In this document: in pieces, positions 18,439 through 29,328 of the stretch | How positions within the stretch are numbered: the stretch's first letter is position 1 | Layout: the number at the start of each line of letters is the position of its first letter | NCBI GenBank assembly: GCA_018645265.1 | Contig: JABGOS010000063.1 | Coordinates: 1-59,997, forward strand | Direction: 5' to 3' | Origin: Deltaproteobacteria bacterium | Lineage (GTDB): Bacteria > UBA10199 > 2-02-FULL-44-16 > JAAZCA01 | DNA: 59,997 nt | Notes under the pieces: generated by a model | The model's input: only the letters and a program-made list of their open reading frames with translations | Told to the model about the DNA's origin: nothing | Database searches by the model: none | Position numbers and translations under genes: made by a program

Positions 18439-19833
18439 TCATCCAACGTTCATATACTCCCGAATCCTCATCGGCACACCCAGCTCCTTCGCCTTGGCCT
18501 TACACGCATCAAGATCCAGATCTGGGAGTGCAACCACTGAGATAGCGACATCAGGAATATATTTCTTAGCTTCTAGGATAAAATCGCAGACAGCCTTATA
18601 AGCTTTCTCACCATACTTTGATCTGCACACCTCCGAATAGAACCCTGCATCCGCGGCATTGAGAGAGATGGATATCGAATCCACAAGCCCCTTCAACTCA
18701 GGCAGCACATTTCTGCCATAGAAGAGATTTGCCAAACCATCGGTGTTGAGACGGATCTTCTTGACCCCACGTTCCTTCATCCTCTGTGCAATCACCTTTA
18801 GAACTTCAAGTCTCCTGGTAGGTTCTCCATAACCGCAGAACACAATTTCATCATATTTTTCGGGCTGTCCTACGGAGCGAAAAATATCATCGACATCGGG
18901 TTCGTGCTCCAACTTCAAATAATGTCCCTTTACCTCATAGTCTATAAACTTTGGGCAAAACTTACAGGCTAGATTGCAGGTGTTGGTTATATTGAGATAC
19001 ATCGAATTCCGTATCTGATAGGCTATGCAAGTCTCCATCTCTGAACCTGGAAGCCCGAAGATTCTCTTAGCATTCAAAGTCGTCACACGAGCGACATCCT
19101 TCAAGGCCAAGCCTTTCAGCTCCGCAATTTTTTCAGCAACCTGCACTACATAGGAAGGCTCATTTCTCTTGCCACGATAAGGCTCAGGTGAAAGATAAGG
19201 GCAATCGGTTTCGATTAAGATTCTTTCGAGCGGAATAGTCGCAACGACCTCCTGAAGTTCATGTGCATTCTTAAATGTTACAACACCTGGTATTGAAATA
19301 CAGAAACCCTCTTCGATCAATTTCTCAGCGAACGCCCTATCACCTGAAAAGCAGTGAAAGACGCCCCCTTTCTTTGGAACTCCAACCTCTTTGATAATTT
19401 TCCATACATCATCGTGCGCATCGCGATCATGAATTACCACCGGCTTATTCATCTCATCAGCCAGCGTTAAAAGTTGCGCAAAGCGTTTTCGCTGAACCTC
19501 AGGATCGGAATGTTTATAATAATAGTCGAGGCCTATCTCGCCAATCGCTACCACTCGCTTATTCTGAGCCAACTCCCTCAGCTTCGAAATCCAACCCTCA
19601 TCCATCTGCGCTACATCATGGGGATGGATACCAACCGTAGCAAAGATCCTACGGTGTGATTTGGCGAGTTCCAAAGCACCGGAGTTGCCATCCAAACCAT
19701 TACCCGCACCGATAGTGATAATATATTCCAGGCCAGCATTCCAAGCCCGGTCCATCACCTCGTTTCTATCTTTGTCGAACTGCGAGAATGTAAGGTGGGC
19801 ATGCGTATCGATAAAACTACTTTCCATCTTCAC
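18439..19833 (-). CDS. TatD-family metal-dependent hydrolase fused to a C-terminal radical SAM domain
   Basis: TatD motifs in the N-terminal ~260 aa: IDTHAHL, GEIGLDY, VIHDRDAH, FHCFSG, ETDCPYL. Then NITNTCNLACKFC (CxxxCxxC) and a further ~190 aa. Confidence 0.85.
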   Translation of the reverse strand: MKMESSFIDTHAHLTFSQFDKDRNEVMDRAWNAGLEYIITIGAGNGLDGNSGALELAKSHRRIFATVGIHPHDVAQMDEGWISKLRELAQNKRVVAIGEIGLDYYYKHSDPEVQRKRFAQLLTLADEMNKPVVIHDRDAHDDVWKIIKEVGVPKKGGVFHCFSGDRAFAEKLIEEGFCISIPGVVTFKNAHELQEVVATIPLERILIETDCPYLSPEPYRGKRNEPSYVVQVAEKIAELKGLALKDVARVTTLNAKRIFGLPGSEMETCIAYQIRNSMYLNITNTCNLACKFCPKFIDYEVKGHYLKLEHEPDVDDIFRSVGQPEKYDEIVFCGYGEPTRRLEVLKVIAQRMKERGVKKIRLNTDGLANLFYGRNVLPELKGLVDSISISLNAADAGFYSEVCRSKYGEKAYKAVCDFILEAKKYIPDVAISVVALPDLDLDACKAKAKELGVPMRIREYMNVG

Positions 19834-20527
19834 CGTATTTCACCTCTGATTCTTCACCATCCTCCTCCACCGAATTCGGAAAATCCGCCTTAAACGCAAC
19901 CAACATTCGATCCAGGAGGTTGATATAATTACTCTCATCTGTACCTTCAACAAACGCCCTCGCCCTCAGCAAAAACTGATGACAGGGTTTGGCACCCCAC
20001 CCTTTGCGGAGCAGGGCTTCAACAAGTTCAAAATCCATATTTTTACCTGACATGAATCCTTCAAAATTATTCATCCAGGACTTCTCCAACATGGAGATCG
20101 CCTTTTTTTTATCGCCCTTCTTACAATAAGCGAGCCCCATGGTCGTATAGGCCTGATGCGCAAAAACAGAGTTCTTTGGAATCAAATCTAAAACTTTTTT
20201 CGATTTCTTTATCGCCTGTCCGTATTCTGCAAACTGGTCGATAAGAAGCCTAGCCGATATAATCTTGAGGGCGGGATCCTCAGGAAGGAGTTTTTCAGCA
20301 CGCTGATAGTGCTTCCATGCAGTCTTATACTCCCCCTGAACCTTAAAGAGCACACCCATCACTGAATGATACAAGGCAATCGACGCATCATCATCGCTTC
20401 TCGCCATATTATTGGCCAGGAGCTTTTCTGCGTCGCTATATTGCTTGGAAGCGATCAGCTGGAATGCACGATGACAGACATCGGAGGGATTTAACTGCTC
20501 ACGCTCTTTTTTATTTGGATCTATCAT
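19817..20527 (-). CDS. TPR-repeat protein
   Basis: TPR-like helical repeats (A..Y......Y..A). Its 3' end overlaps the tatD-fusion start by 17 nt, which suggests translational coupling. Confidence 0.6.
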   Translation of the reverse strand: MIDPNKKEREQLNPSDVCHRAFQLIASKQYSDAEKLLANNMARSDDDASIALYHSVMGVLFKVQGEYKTAWKHYQRAEKLLPEDPALKIISARLLIDQFAEYGQAIKKSKKVLDLIPKNSVFAHQAYTTMGLAYCKKGDKKKAISMLEKSWMNNFEGFMSGKNMDFELVEALLRKGWGAKPCHQFLLRARAFVEGTDESNYINLLDRMLVAFKADFPNSVEEDGEESEVKYGEDGK

Positions 20528-20616
20528 AATGTATCTCTGCTCTTACCAGTCCAATACATGAATTCTATGTTTTATAATCAAAAAACCAAGCAGTTTTTTA
20601 GCCTAAGACTCCAGGT

Positions 20617-21393
20617 TCATTTATTATCCAGAACTCCCATCATCTCCCCATGAATCAGCCTATTGGATGCAAGAATCTCATTACTGTAAAGATCATAGTC
20701 GGACCCATCAAATGAGGTAACCTGTCCTCCTGCCTCCCTTATTATAAGGACACCAGCAGCCATATCCCAAGGCTTTAAAAAGAGCTCCCAAAAGCCATCG
20801 AGCCTACCACAGGCAACCCATGCAAGATCAATAGCAGCAGAGCCAGGCCTTCTGACAGCCCTGGCTGTCTTAATGAAATTAGAGAAGTTATCGAGATTGT
20901 CGAGCTGCTCCCCCTCCTGAACATTGTAGGCAAAACCGGTGGCCAACATCGTTTTTTTCAAGGGTGCGTGGTCAGAAACGGATATAGCCTGACCGTTGAG
21001 ACGAGCCCCACACCCCTTCTCCGCCTCAAATAGTTCATCGCGATTTGGGTCATAAATCACACCCGCTACCAACTCTCCATCCTCCTCGAGTCCAATCGAC
21101 ACGCAGAAGAAAGGAAAATTATGGGCATAATTGACTGTACCATCCAAGGGATCGACGAGCCAACGAAAGCTGGAACTGCACCGTCTTCCGGAACCCTCCT
21201 CGGCAATCACGTCATAATCAGGATATTTACTCTGGAGCTCACCGACGATCAGGGATTCACATTTTTTATCGATCTCTGTAACGATATTAATAACACCTTT
21301 GTAATCGATCTTATGACTCTTCCCCAAACCATCCAGCTGCACCCTTCCCGCTTCCCTAGCCAAATCCTTCATCAGAGCAAGACGTTCATTCAC
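20617..21393 (-). CDS. suhB: inositol monophosphatase family protein (SuhB-like)
   Basis: AEEG, WLVDPLDGTVNYAH and WDMAAG motifs. Confidence 0.88.
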   Translation of the reverse strand: MNERLALMKDLAREAGRVQLDGLGKSHKIDYKGVINIVTEIDKKCESLIVGELQSKYPDYDVIAEEGSGRRCSSSFRWLVDPLDGTVNYAHNFPFFCVSIGLEEDGELVAGVIYDPNRDELFEAEKGCGARLNGQAISVSDHAPLKKTMLATGFAYNVQEGEQLDNLDNFSNFIKTARAVRRPGSAAIDLAWVACGRLDGFWELFLKPWDMAAGVLIIREAGGQVTSFDGSDYDLYSNEILASNRLIHGEMMGVLDNK

Positions 21394-21642
21394 AAAACAC
21401 CTCTTCTTTCTAATCTATAATATTTACAGGTAGATAGCACATCCACAACCATAGTCAAATAGGGCAGTCAGCACATATAGCGGATCTTCATACGTGCCAA
21501 GCCTTCAATATTCACGCCCTATTCTATAATATTATCCTATCATTACATACAGTTACAATTTTATATGAAATATTTTTACCTCAAAGCAACACGCCTATTT
21601 TCCAACCGATAACAGATGGGGACCTTAAACAGGGAGGGGTTT

Positions 21643-22098
21643 ATGTCTGTACCTAGAGCTACAAAAGATCACCGGGCACGTCACTGCCAGAGGATCGACA
21701 ATCCGCAGAAGCGTGAATACTGTGAGGGCTACGTCGCACAATGCGTCGACCAGCTAGTGGGCGGAAAGAAGAATCCGGACTCATCCACCTTCATATTACA
21801 ATCTGAGAGTGGAACAACTGCAGAAGGTCTCGATTACGATAGGTGTTTAAGCTTAACCAGCTTCTTTTCAAATAATGGAAAACCGAAGAAAATTGTGGTC
21901 GAAGAGAGTGCCGCCAAGGAACCCGAGAAAAAACCAACTGACAAAAGAAGAAAGAGAAGGAAACCTAAAAAAACAAGGAAACCAAAGAAGAGGCGCCTTC
22001 GCTTTAAATGCAGAATGGGTTTTAAAGCTTTAGTTGCAATGCCTGATATAGATTTTACAAGGTACCAAACCTGGAAAAGACGTCGCTGCAAAAAATAA
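21643..22098 (+). CDS. small highly basic protein (151 aa) with Lys/Arg-rich C-terminal tract
   Basis: GGGAGGGG 5 nt upstream of ATG 21643. Tract EKKPTDKRRKRRKPKKTRKPKKRRLRFKCR. Scattered Cys residues. No known domain recognised. Confidence 0.5.
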   Translation: MSVPRATKDHRARHCQRIDNPQKREYCEGYVAQCVDQLVGGKKNPDSSTFILQSESGTTAEGLDYDRCLSLTSFFSNNGKPKKIVVEESAAKEPEKKPTDKRRKRRKPKKTRKPKKRRLRFKCRMGFKALVAMPDIDFTRYQTWKRRRCKK

Positions 22099-22120
22099 TC
22101 CTAGTATTGCAGTGATAGAA

Positions 22121-22789
22121 TTATTCCAAAGTCCTTGCGACAGTAACAACATGAACCATCGATGCGCCAGATTTCTTAAGAACCCTGGCGCACTCGTTTA
22201 TGGTGGCGCCGGTTGTAACGACATCATCGACAAGCAGGATGGACTTACCGTCAAAAACATTTTCATATTTCTTTAAGACTGCGAAAGAATGCTTTACGTT
22301 CCTAAGGCGCTCTGTCCTTTCAAGCCCCATCTGAGCTGCACTATCCTGTATGCGCTTCAATGCATTTACAATGACATCCTTACCGAGATCCCTACCAACC
22401 CGCTTGGCAAGGAGCGCCGCTTGATTATATCCGCGCGCACGTAACTTACTTCGATGCATCGGAACCGGGATGACAATATCGATACCAGTCAAATCCAAGA
22501 TCCTACTCTTAATAGCAGCGGAGAAAAACCTAACCTGTTCAAGGCGCTGTTGATACTTAAATGAATGGATGGCCCTTCTTAGTCCCCCCTCGTAGGCAAA
22601 ACATGAGATACATCTATCGAAATAGCTGACTGAAAGATGTGGAAGGATGGCATCCGCTTCTAGATGCTGCAGGGAGATCATACATGAATCACACAACATG
22701 CCGTCCGTAGCCACGAATCGTTCGCAAAGAGGACAAATCGGCGGGTAGAATAAATTTAGAAATAATTTTCCAACGTATTTCAAAGACAC
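22121..22789 (-). CDS. comF: ComF family protein (phosphoribosyltransferase domain)
   Basis: N-terminal CPLC...CDSC zinc-finger-like motif and PRTase motif LLVDDVVTTGAT. Confidence 0.8.
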   Translation of the reverse strand: MSLKYVGKLFLNLFYPPICPLCERFVATDGMLCDSCMISLQHLEADAILPHLSVSYFDRCISCFAYEGGLRRAIHSFKYQQRLEQVRFFSAAIKSRILDLTGIDIVIPVPMHRSKLRARGYNQAALLAKRVGRDLGKDVIVNALKRIQDSAAQMGLERTERLRNVKHSFAVLKKYENVFDGKSILLVDDVVTTGATINECARVLKKSGASMVHVVTVARTLE

Positions 22790-22791
22790 TT

Positions 22792-23142
22792 TTAGATCCC
22801 TTCGAATTTCACCTCCGCAGCATCATTCCACAACTTCTCGAGCTGATAATGCTCCCTGACTTCTTCATAAAAGACATGCGCCACAACATCGCCGTAGTCT
22901 ATCAACGCCCAATGACCATCCCTCATACCCTCTACACCTAGCGGCACCCTACCCGTCTCACTTTTAATATCATAGTGAATTGAGTCGGCAAGCGCCTTGA
23001 CCTGACGATCGGAAGCACCGCTACAGATAATAAAAAAGTCTGTAAAGCTGGTCAGTTTCTTTAAATCCAGCACAACTACATCGATTGCCTTGTGATCACT
23101 TGCGATCTGGGCAATTTTTTTTGCTAGGAGACGTGGGGTCAT
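22792..23142 (-). CDS. rsfS: ribosome silencing factor RsfS (iojap)
   Basis: DFFIICSG.S.RQV.A, W.L.DYGDVV.H.F and the usual position downstream of obg. Confidence 0.88.
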   Translation of the reverse strand: MTPRLLAKKIAQIASDHKAIDVVVLDLKKLTSFTDFFIICSGASDRQVKALADSIHYDIKSETGRVPLGVEGMRDGHWALIDYGDVVAHVFYEEVREHYQLEKLWNDAAEVKFEGI

Positions 23143-23166
23143 ATTTTATCCTTCAATTCAGAATTA

Positions 23167-24171
<1,005 letters not shown>

Positions 24172-24194
24172 CTACAATGTAATTAAGAATTAAT

Positions 24195-24223
24195 AAAAAA
24201 ACCCTCTGTTTTGCAGAGGGTTT
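24195..24223 (-). terminator. hairpin plus U-tract between rpmA and obg (terminator or attenuator)
   Basis: The minus strand reads AAACCCTCTG-CAAAA-CAGAGGG-TTTTTTT: a 7-bp GC-rich stem followed by T7. Confidence 0.5.
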
Positions 24224-24253
24224 GAAGCTCAAAAATCAGTGGGCTGACTTCCA

Positions 24254-24511
24254 TCAAGCAACATCATTAACATTCGCATATTTGCGATTGCCACGCTTGT
24301 TGACGAATTCTACCACACCATCGATCTTAGCAAACAAGGTGCAGTCTTTACCCATACCGACATTCAGTCCCGGATGAATCTTCGTTCCGCACTGCCTCGT
24401 AATAATATTACCGGCCTTCACGAACTGTCCTCCATAGCGCTTAACGCCTCTTCTCTGTCCGTGACTATCGCGACCGTTCTTAGCTGATCCTGCTGATTTT
24501 TTATGTGCCAT
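24254..24511 (-). CDS. rpmA: 50S ribosomal protein L27
   Basis: [15 protein letters not shown]...R.GVKR.GG..V.AGNII.RQ.GTK.HPG.NVG.GKD.TLFA. Confidence 0.95.
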   Translation of the reverse strand: MAHKKSAGSAKNGRDSHGQRRGVKRYGGQFVKAGNIITRQCGTKIHPGLNVGMGKDCTLFAKIDGVVEFVNKRGNRKYANVNDVA

Positions 24512-24528
24512 GATCTATTCCTTACTTA

Positions 24529-24840
24529 CTATGCGCCGATCTTAGTAATCTTAAGCTCTGTGAAATGTTGACGATGTCCACGAAGTTTCTCATAACCTTT
24601 ACGACGCTTCTTCTTGTAGACGAGAATTTTCTTGGCCTTGCCCTGCTTCACAATTTTTGCAGAGACCTTCACACCATCGACGACCGGTGTGCCAAACTTC
24701 GGGGCACCATCTCCACCGATCATTAAAATATCGGAGAGATCTACCTGTGATCCGGCGTCGCCTTCGAGCTTCTCGACCTTTATAACCGAACCTTCGTTAA
24801 CTAGATATTGTTTTCCACCTGTCTTGATAACCGCGTACAC
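24529..24840 (-). CDS. rplU: 50S ribosomal protein L21 (GTG start)
   Basis: MYAVIKTGGKQY.V..G......KL. AAAGGAG lies 7 nt upstream of the GTG. Confidence 0.95.
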   Translation of the reverse strand: MYAVIKTGGKQYLVNEGSVIKVEKLEGDAGSQVDLSDILMIGGDGAPKFGTPVVDGVKVSAKIVKQGKAKKILVYKKKRRKGYEKLRGHRQHFTELKITKIGA

Positions 24841-25038
24841 GATAAACTCCTTTATTTTACAAATACATCCCTCTTGAAGAGAGCGGGAGTACCTAGCCCA
24901 AATACTCGCCTCAAGTCAACAACAAACCCACACAGGGCGAAGCAAAATTATAGCGAACACAAGAAACCCACTAAGGATACACTGTAACCACATGATATTA
25001 CATACTTAATACACTTCTTTGATTCGGGTGGATTTTGA

Positions 25039-26550
25039 CTACTTTTCCATCACATCGAACTGTTCGAGATGGTAGTCGGTGATACTCTTGATATGAATCC
25101 TCTTATTGAATCGAGCCTCCAAGAATTCCAGTTGAGCACGCTCCTCATCATAGAGCACCCCCGCTACGGATGGATGACAATAGACAACAAGCTGATCGCC
25201 CTTAACCTCCGGAATTTCACGGCTGATCTCCCTGAACACCTCGTAACATATGGTGGCCGGACTTTTCAGATAACCCTTACCTTCACAATAAGGACATGTG
25301 TTCGTGAGCTGATGACGAAGATCCTCGCGAGTTCTCTTCCTCGTCATCTCTACCAGACCGAGCTCTGAAATTTTTGTGATGGTCGTCCTAGCCTTATCAT
25401 CCTTCAGCGCTTCCTTCAAAGTGTTGTAGACTTTATTGCGATGATCTGCGCGCTCCATATCGATAAAATCGAGTATAATAATGCCGCCCATGGAGCGCAT
25501 CTTAACTTGGTAGACGATCTCTTTTACCGCCTCGAGGTTCGTTTTTAGAATAGTGTCGGCAACATTTCTTCGCCCTACGAATCTGCCCGTATTTACATCT
25601 ATAGCGGTCAATGCTTCCGTCTGTTCGATGATAATATATCCGCCGCTCTTAAGCCAAACCTTCTGACCGAGCGCTCTCGTTATCTCGATCTCAATTCCAA
25701 ATGCATCAAATATCGGCTCGGTACCATCGTACATCTCTACGGAGTGTCTCCCTTTCGGAAGGAACTTCGCAACGAACTCCTCGATCCTATCGAACGCATC
25801 TTTCGAATCGACGACGACCCTATCTATATCAGGGGTCAACTGATCGCGCATAACCCTAGATATTACATCAAGCTCCGCCTGTATAAGTGCCGGCGCCTTT
25901 GACCCCTTAAGCTTAGGCTCTATCTCCTTCCACATCTTGGTCAGGTAATCGACATCTTCAGTCAATTCCTTCTCACTTACGCCGGAGGAGACGGTGCGAA
26001 CTATAAAACCACCGTTATTCTTTTTTAATTTCTTGAGTATTTTCTTAAGCCTCATGCGCTCATCCGCATCCCCAATACGACGTGAGACACCGATATGATC
26101 AACCGTCGGCATGTATACGAGGTAGCGTCCGGGAAGTGATATATGAGATGTAACCCTGGCACCCTTAGTGCCCAAAGGCTCCTTCTCCACCTGGACAAGA
26201 ATTTCAGCTCCATCCTTCAAAAGGTTCTCTATATGTCTATTGGAGCTACCCTTCTTAGGTTTTGTTACAAGCTCATCCTCAACGCTGCTGCTTTCATCGT
26301 CGATCTCCTCGATTCTGGCTAGGTCCTTTACCACATCTGCCGCGTGCAAAAAAGCTGTCCTATCGAGTCCTATCTCTACAAACGCAGCCTGCATGCCAGG
26401 CATAACGCGAACGACCTTGCCGTTGTAAATATTTCCTACGACGCCCTCTTCACTCTTTCGGTCGATATTGAGTTCAGTAACTACACCGTTCTCAACACGC
26501 GCGACGCGAGTTTCACCGAGAGTTACATTTATGATAAGTTCATTGGCCAT
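25039..26550 (-). CDS. rng: ribonuclease E/G family (Rng-like, 503 aa)
   Basis: S1 domain GNIYNGKVVRVMPGMQAAFVEIG, then the catalytic region with IDVNTGRF and a C..C zinc-link (CPYCEGKG). Confidence 0.9.
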   Translation of the reverse strand: MANELIINVTLGETRVARVENGVVTELNIDRKSEEGVVGNIYNGKVVRVMPGMQAAFVEIGLDRTAFLHAADVVKDLARIEEIDDESSSVEDELVTKPKKGSSNRHIENLLKDGAEILVQVEKEPLGTKGARVTSHISLPGRYLVYMPTVDHIGVSRRIGDADERMRLKKILKKLKKNNGGFIVRTVSSGVSEKELTEDVDYLTKMWKEIEPKLKGSKAPALIQAELDVISRVMRDQLTPDIDRVVVDSKDAFDRIEEFVAKFLPKGRHSVEMYDGTEPIFDAFGIEIEITRALGQKVWLKSGGYIIIEQTEALTAIDVNTGRFVGRRNVADTILKTNLEAVKEIVYQVKMRSMGGIIILDFIDMERADHRNKVYNTLKEALKDDKARTTITKISELGLVEMTRKRTREDLRHQLTNTCPYCEGKGYLKSPATICYEVFREISREIPEVKGDQLVVYCHPSVAGVLYDEERAQLEFLEARFNKRIHIKSITDYHLEQFDVMEK

Positions 26551-26577
26551 TTGATATAATAAACCGCGTACGGTGAA

Positions 26578-29073
26578 CTACGTATTACAATCGCTATTCA
26601 CAGCACACTTCCATTCCACCCCAGTCTTATTAACCATCACCCTATTAAGATCTTCACCCGAAACACCAAATACGGCAGACAATACCTCTGAAACCCGTAT
26701 TATCGGAGGCTTATTTAAGATCGTCATCCCTAACACACCATCTCGAAGAACAGCAAGCTTATGAATAGCCTCCTTCAAATCCACTTCCTTATTAGATTTG
26801 CCACGCACCCTCATAAACGGAAAGGCTTCTGCGGAGTCGAAATTAGAGATCGAAGCTTCAAGATCAAGGCCTAAGGAAGAAAGGGTAACTTCATATTCAT
26901 TAGATAATACCGCATCCGATATAGACTCATAGGGGGGCTTCAAGAACCTAACCCTCTTCGCCATAATTCCTTCCGGAAATTTTCGCTCCACAGATTTCAA
27001 GACCTCAGCCTCATCGATGAACTTTGACAGCTCGATATCTACAAATTCCGTTTCACTTTCAGCACCAACTGGCAGGGCCTGCCCCACACTCACCTTGATG
27101 CGCGGATGAAATCCTTCGGAATATCTGAAAGGAAGCCCAGATGCGCGAAACCCGAATCGCAATGTATCGGTGACCTCCAAACCTCCTAGAAAAGCAGCGC
27201 GTCCCTTCTTTGAATATTGGATGCGATACTTATAAATTTCATGTTTCACGGTTTGTGGTTTGGAAGCTGAGGAGCTGACTTGATCCTGTGTAATCGCTTC
27301 CGAAGAAGCTATTCTATTTTTCACCTCATCAAAATCGCAGAGACCACAGCTAGTGCATTCATTCTGCACGCAATCCAAGGTCCCCTGCAGCCTCCTTGCC
27401 TTATCGCGCTCCTTCATTAAAAAATGCTTATCCGGTCCTACCTTCAGATGGTCCCAGGGAAACTCGAAACTGTTACCACGTCCCTCAAGATATCTGTCCG
27501 GGGAGATCTTCCTCTTTGCAAACGCCCTTCTCCATCTACCGATATCGAAGTGTTCATCCCAACCATCGAACCTCGCCCCATCCTCATGCGCAATAGCAAT
27601 AACATCAGCAAGCTCCGCCCCTCCACGGGCGAAGACCCCTTCAAGAAAACTCATCTCCGCCCTATGCCATTTATAATGAAGACCAGGCCTTCTGAGATGT
27701 TTCTTAAGGTAGGCCTGCTTTTCCACCGCTTCCTCGATGGAAATCTGCCTCTCCCACTGAAATGGAGTATGCGCCTTTGGCACGAACGTCGATGTTGAAA
27801 CGGTCACATCGGGACGCCTGTGATATTTTCTACCTATACTTAGACATCGATTGGCAATATCCACGATCCCCTTCAGGTCATCCTGAGTTTCGTCGGGAAG
27901 GCCGATCATGAAATAGAGTTTTACCGCCTGCCATCCATTCTTAAATATTTTTTCAACCGATACGTAGAGATCCTGATCCGTATTCCCCTTGTTGATCAGG
28001 TTCCTCATCCTCTCAGTTCCAGCCTCCGGGGCTAACGTAAAGCTGCCGGAACGCGAGGAACCCATAGAACTGAGCATGCGATCGGACATCGACTCGACAC
28101 GAAGACTTGGAAGCGAAGCATCAACAGGAAGTGGCGCACAGGCTTCGTGAACTTGACGGAGTGCTGATTCCAGTGGTGCCCAGTCACCGAGTGAAAGCGA
28201 CAGAAAGGAAAACTCCTCATAACCTGTGGAAAGGATACATTCGGAGGCAATTTTTGAAACGGTCGATGAATCGCGCTGTCTCACGGGACGATATATAAAT
28301 CCCGCCTGACAAAACCTACACCCCCTTGCACATCCCCTCGACACTTCCACGGCGGCACGCATCTGCGTAGTAGCGTAAGGGACTACAGGATGCACAGGGT
28401 ACGGTGCTGAATTTATATCGCATTGCAGGGCCCTCCCTACTCCACTCGCCATATTTCCCAACGAAGGAACATACACCCCGCTTATCCTTGCCAACCTCCG
28501 AAGGAGATCACCTCTATGCTCATCCTCCTTCTTGGAGACCTTCGCCATCTCGGAAATTTCAACTACCAGACCCTCCCCATCCCCGATAGCTATCGCATCG
28601 AAAAATGCGGCAACCGGTTCCGGATTGTAAGTACAAGGACCACCGGCGATTATCAGAGGATGAGACTCATCTCGATCTTTTGAATATATTGGAATGCCTG
28701 CAGATTTAAGGACGGTAAGAACGTTGGTATAGGTGAGCTCATAGCCCAGGCTAAATCCAAGGATATCAAATTCATCCAAAGCCCTGTTCGATTCCAGCGA
28801 GAAGAGCTTGATGCCGCGGCTGGACAGAGCTTCCTCCATATCGGCCCATGGTGTGAATGCCCTTTCAGCCAAAATATCATCACGGTCGTTCGCTACATTA
28901 TATAGTATTGAAAGACCTATATGGCTCGTTCCAATTTCATAACTATCTGGAAATACTAAACATATATGGATATCAACAGAATCCCAGGCCTTCTTGCGGC
29001 TGTTTAGCTCACCCCCGATATAGCGGTATGGCTTATTCACTGAACACAACATTTCAAAAAATTTTGAATCCAT
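26578..29073 (-). CDS. B12-binding-domain radical SAM protein fused to a DUF2344-like domain (TIGR03960/TIGR03936-type)
   Basis: VEVSRGCARGCRFCQAGFIYRPVRQR (CxxxCxxC); 831 aa. Lies immediately upstream of rng, as commonly seen for this family. Confidence 0.8.
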   Translation of the reverse strand: MDSKFFEMLCSVNKPYRYIGGELNSRKKAWDSVDIHICLVFPDSYEIGTSHIGLSILYNVANDRDDILAERAFTPWADMEEALSSRGIKLFSLESNRALDEFDILGFSLGYELTYTNVLTVLKSAGIPIYSKDRDESHPLIIAGGPCTYNPEPVAAFFDAIAIGDGEGLVVEISEMAKVSKKEDEHRGDLLRRLARISGVYVPSLGNMASGVGRALQCDINSAPYPVHPVVPYATTQMRAAVEVSRGCARGCRFCQAGFIYRPVRQRDSSTVSKIASECILSTGYEEFSFLSLSLGDWAPLESALRQVHEACAPLPVDASLPSLRVESMSDRMLSSMGSSRSGSFTLAPEAGTERMRNLINKGNTDQDLYVSVEKIFKNGWQAVKLYFMIGLPDETQDDLKGIVDIANRCLSIGRKYHRRPDVTVSTSTFVPKAHTPFQWERQISIEEAVEKQAYLKKHLRRPGLHYKWHRAEMSFLEGVFARGGAELADVIAIAHEDGARFDGWDEHFDIGRWRRAFAKRKISPDRYLEGRGNSFEFPWDHLKVGPDKHFLMKERDKARRLQGTLDCVQNECTSCGLCDFDEVKNRIASSEAITQDQVSSSASKPQTVKHEIYKYRIQYSKKGRAAFLGGLEVTDTLRFGFRASGLPFRYSEGFHPRIKVSVGQALPVGAESETEFVDIELSKFIDEAEVLKSVERKFPEGIMAKRVRFLKPPYESISDAVLSNEYEVTLSSLGLDLEASISNFDSAEAFPFMRVRGKSNKEVDLKEAIHKLAVLRDGVLGMTILNKPPIIRVSEVLSAVFGVSGEDLNRVMVNKTGVEWKCAVNSDCNT

Positions 29074-29263
29074 GAGGGCCCGCTTTTAACAGCAAGAACC
29101 CCCTAAAAGCAACGAGAAGATATTCCGATATCAATAAATTCTATAAATAACGGATATTCAGCAAAAAAAATCATTTTGGTCCAAAAAGCTTGAAATTATG
29201 GGCAAAAAAGTTAGCAACTAACCCCCTGAAGGCACGATAACACCTCATCCTTGATAGACAGAT

Positions 29264-29320
29264 AAAAAAGGTGTCGGACACTTTTTTGGGAAAAGAGCAA
29301 AAAGGTGTCCGACACCTTTT
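29264..29320. repeat. palindromic repeat doublet (locus 3): AAAAAAGGTGTCGGACACTTTTTT + AAAAAGGTGTCCGACACCTTTT, centres 29276 and 29310 (34 bp apart)
   Basis: Read directly. Lies in the divergent intergenic region. The second copy ends 9 nt before ATG 29329 of the giant ORF. Centre bases are complementary (G then C). Confidence 0.9.
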
Positions 29321-29328
29321 GTGAACTT

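Noticed and set aside
24389-24391. L27 reads RQCGTK where E. coli and B. subtilis have RQRGTK (TGC versus CGC)
   Set aside because: This is a single conservative-position difference in a non-catalytic residue. I cannot judge lineage variation without an alignment. It is noted only because it is the mirror-image transition of the rimO Cys-to-Arg change.
29305-29328. GTG start at 29305 for the giant ORF, as given in the ORF track (MSDTFCEL...)
   Set aside because: These eight codons are simply the palindromic repeat read in frame. The same KVSDTF / MSDTF peptide appears wherever the repeat is translated (43755-43772 and 38593 onward). ATG 29329 is the first start outside the repeat, although neither has an SD, so the true start stays uncertain.
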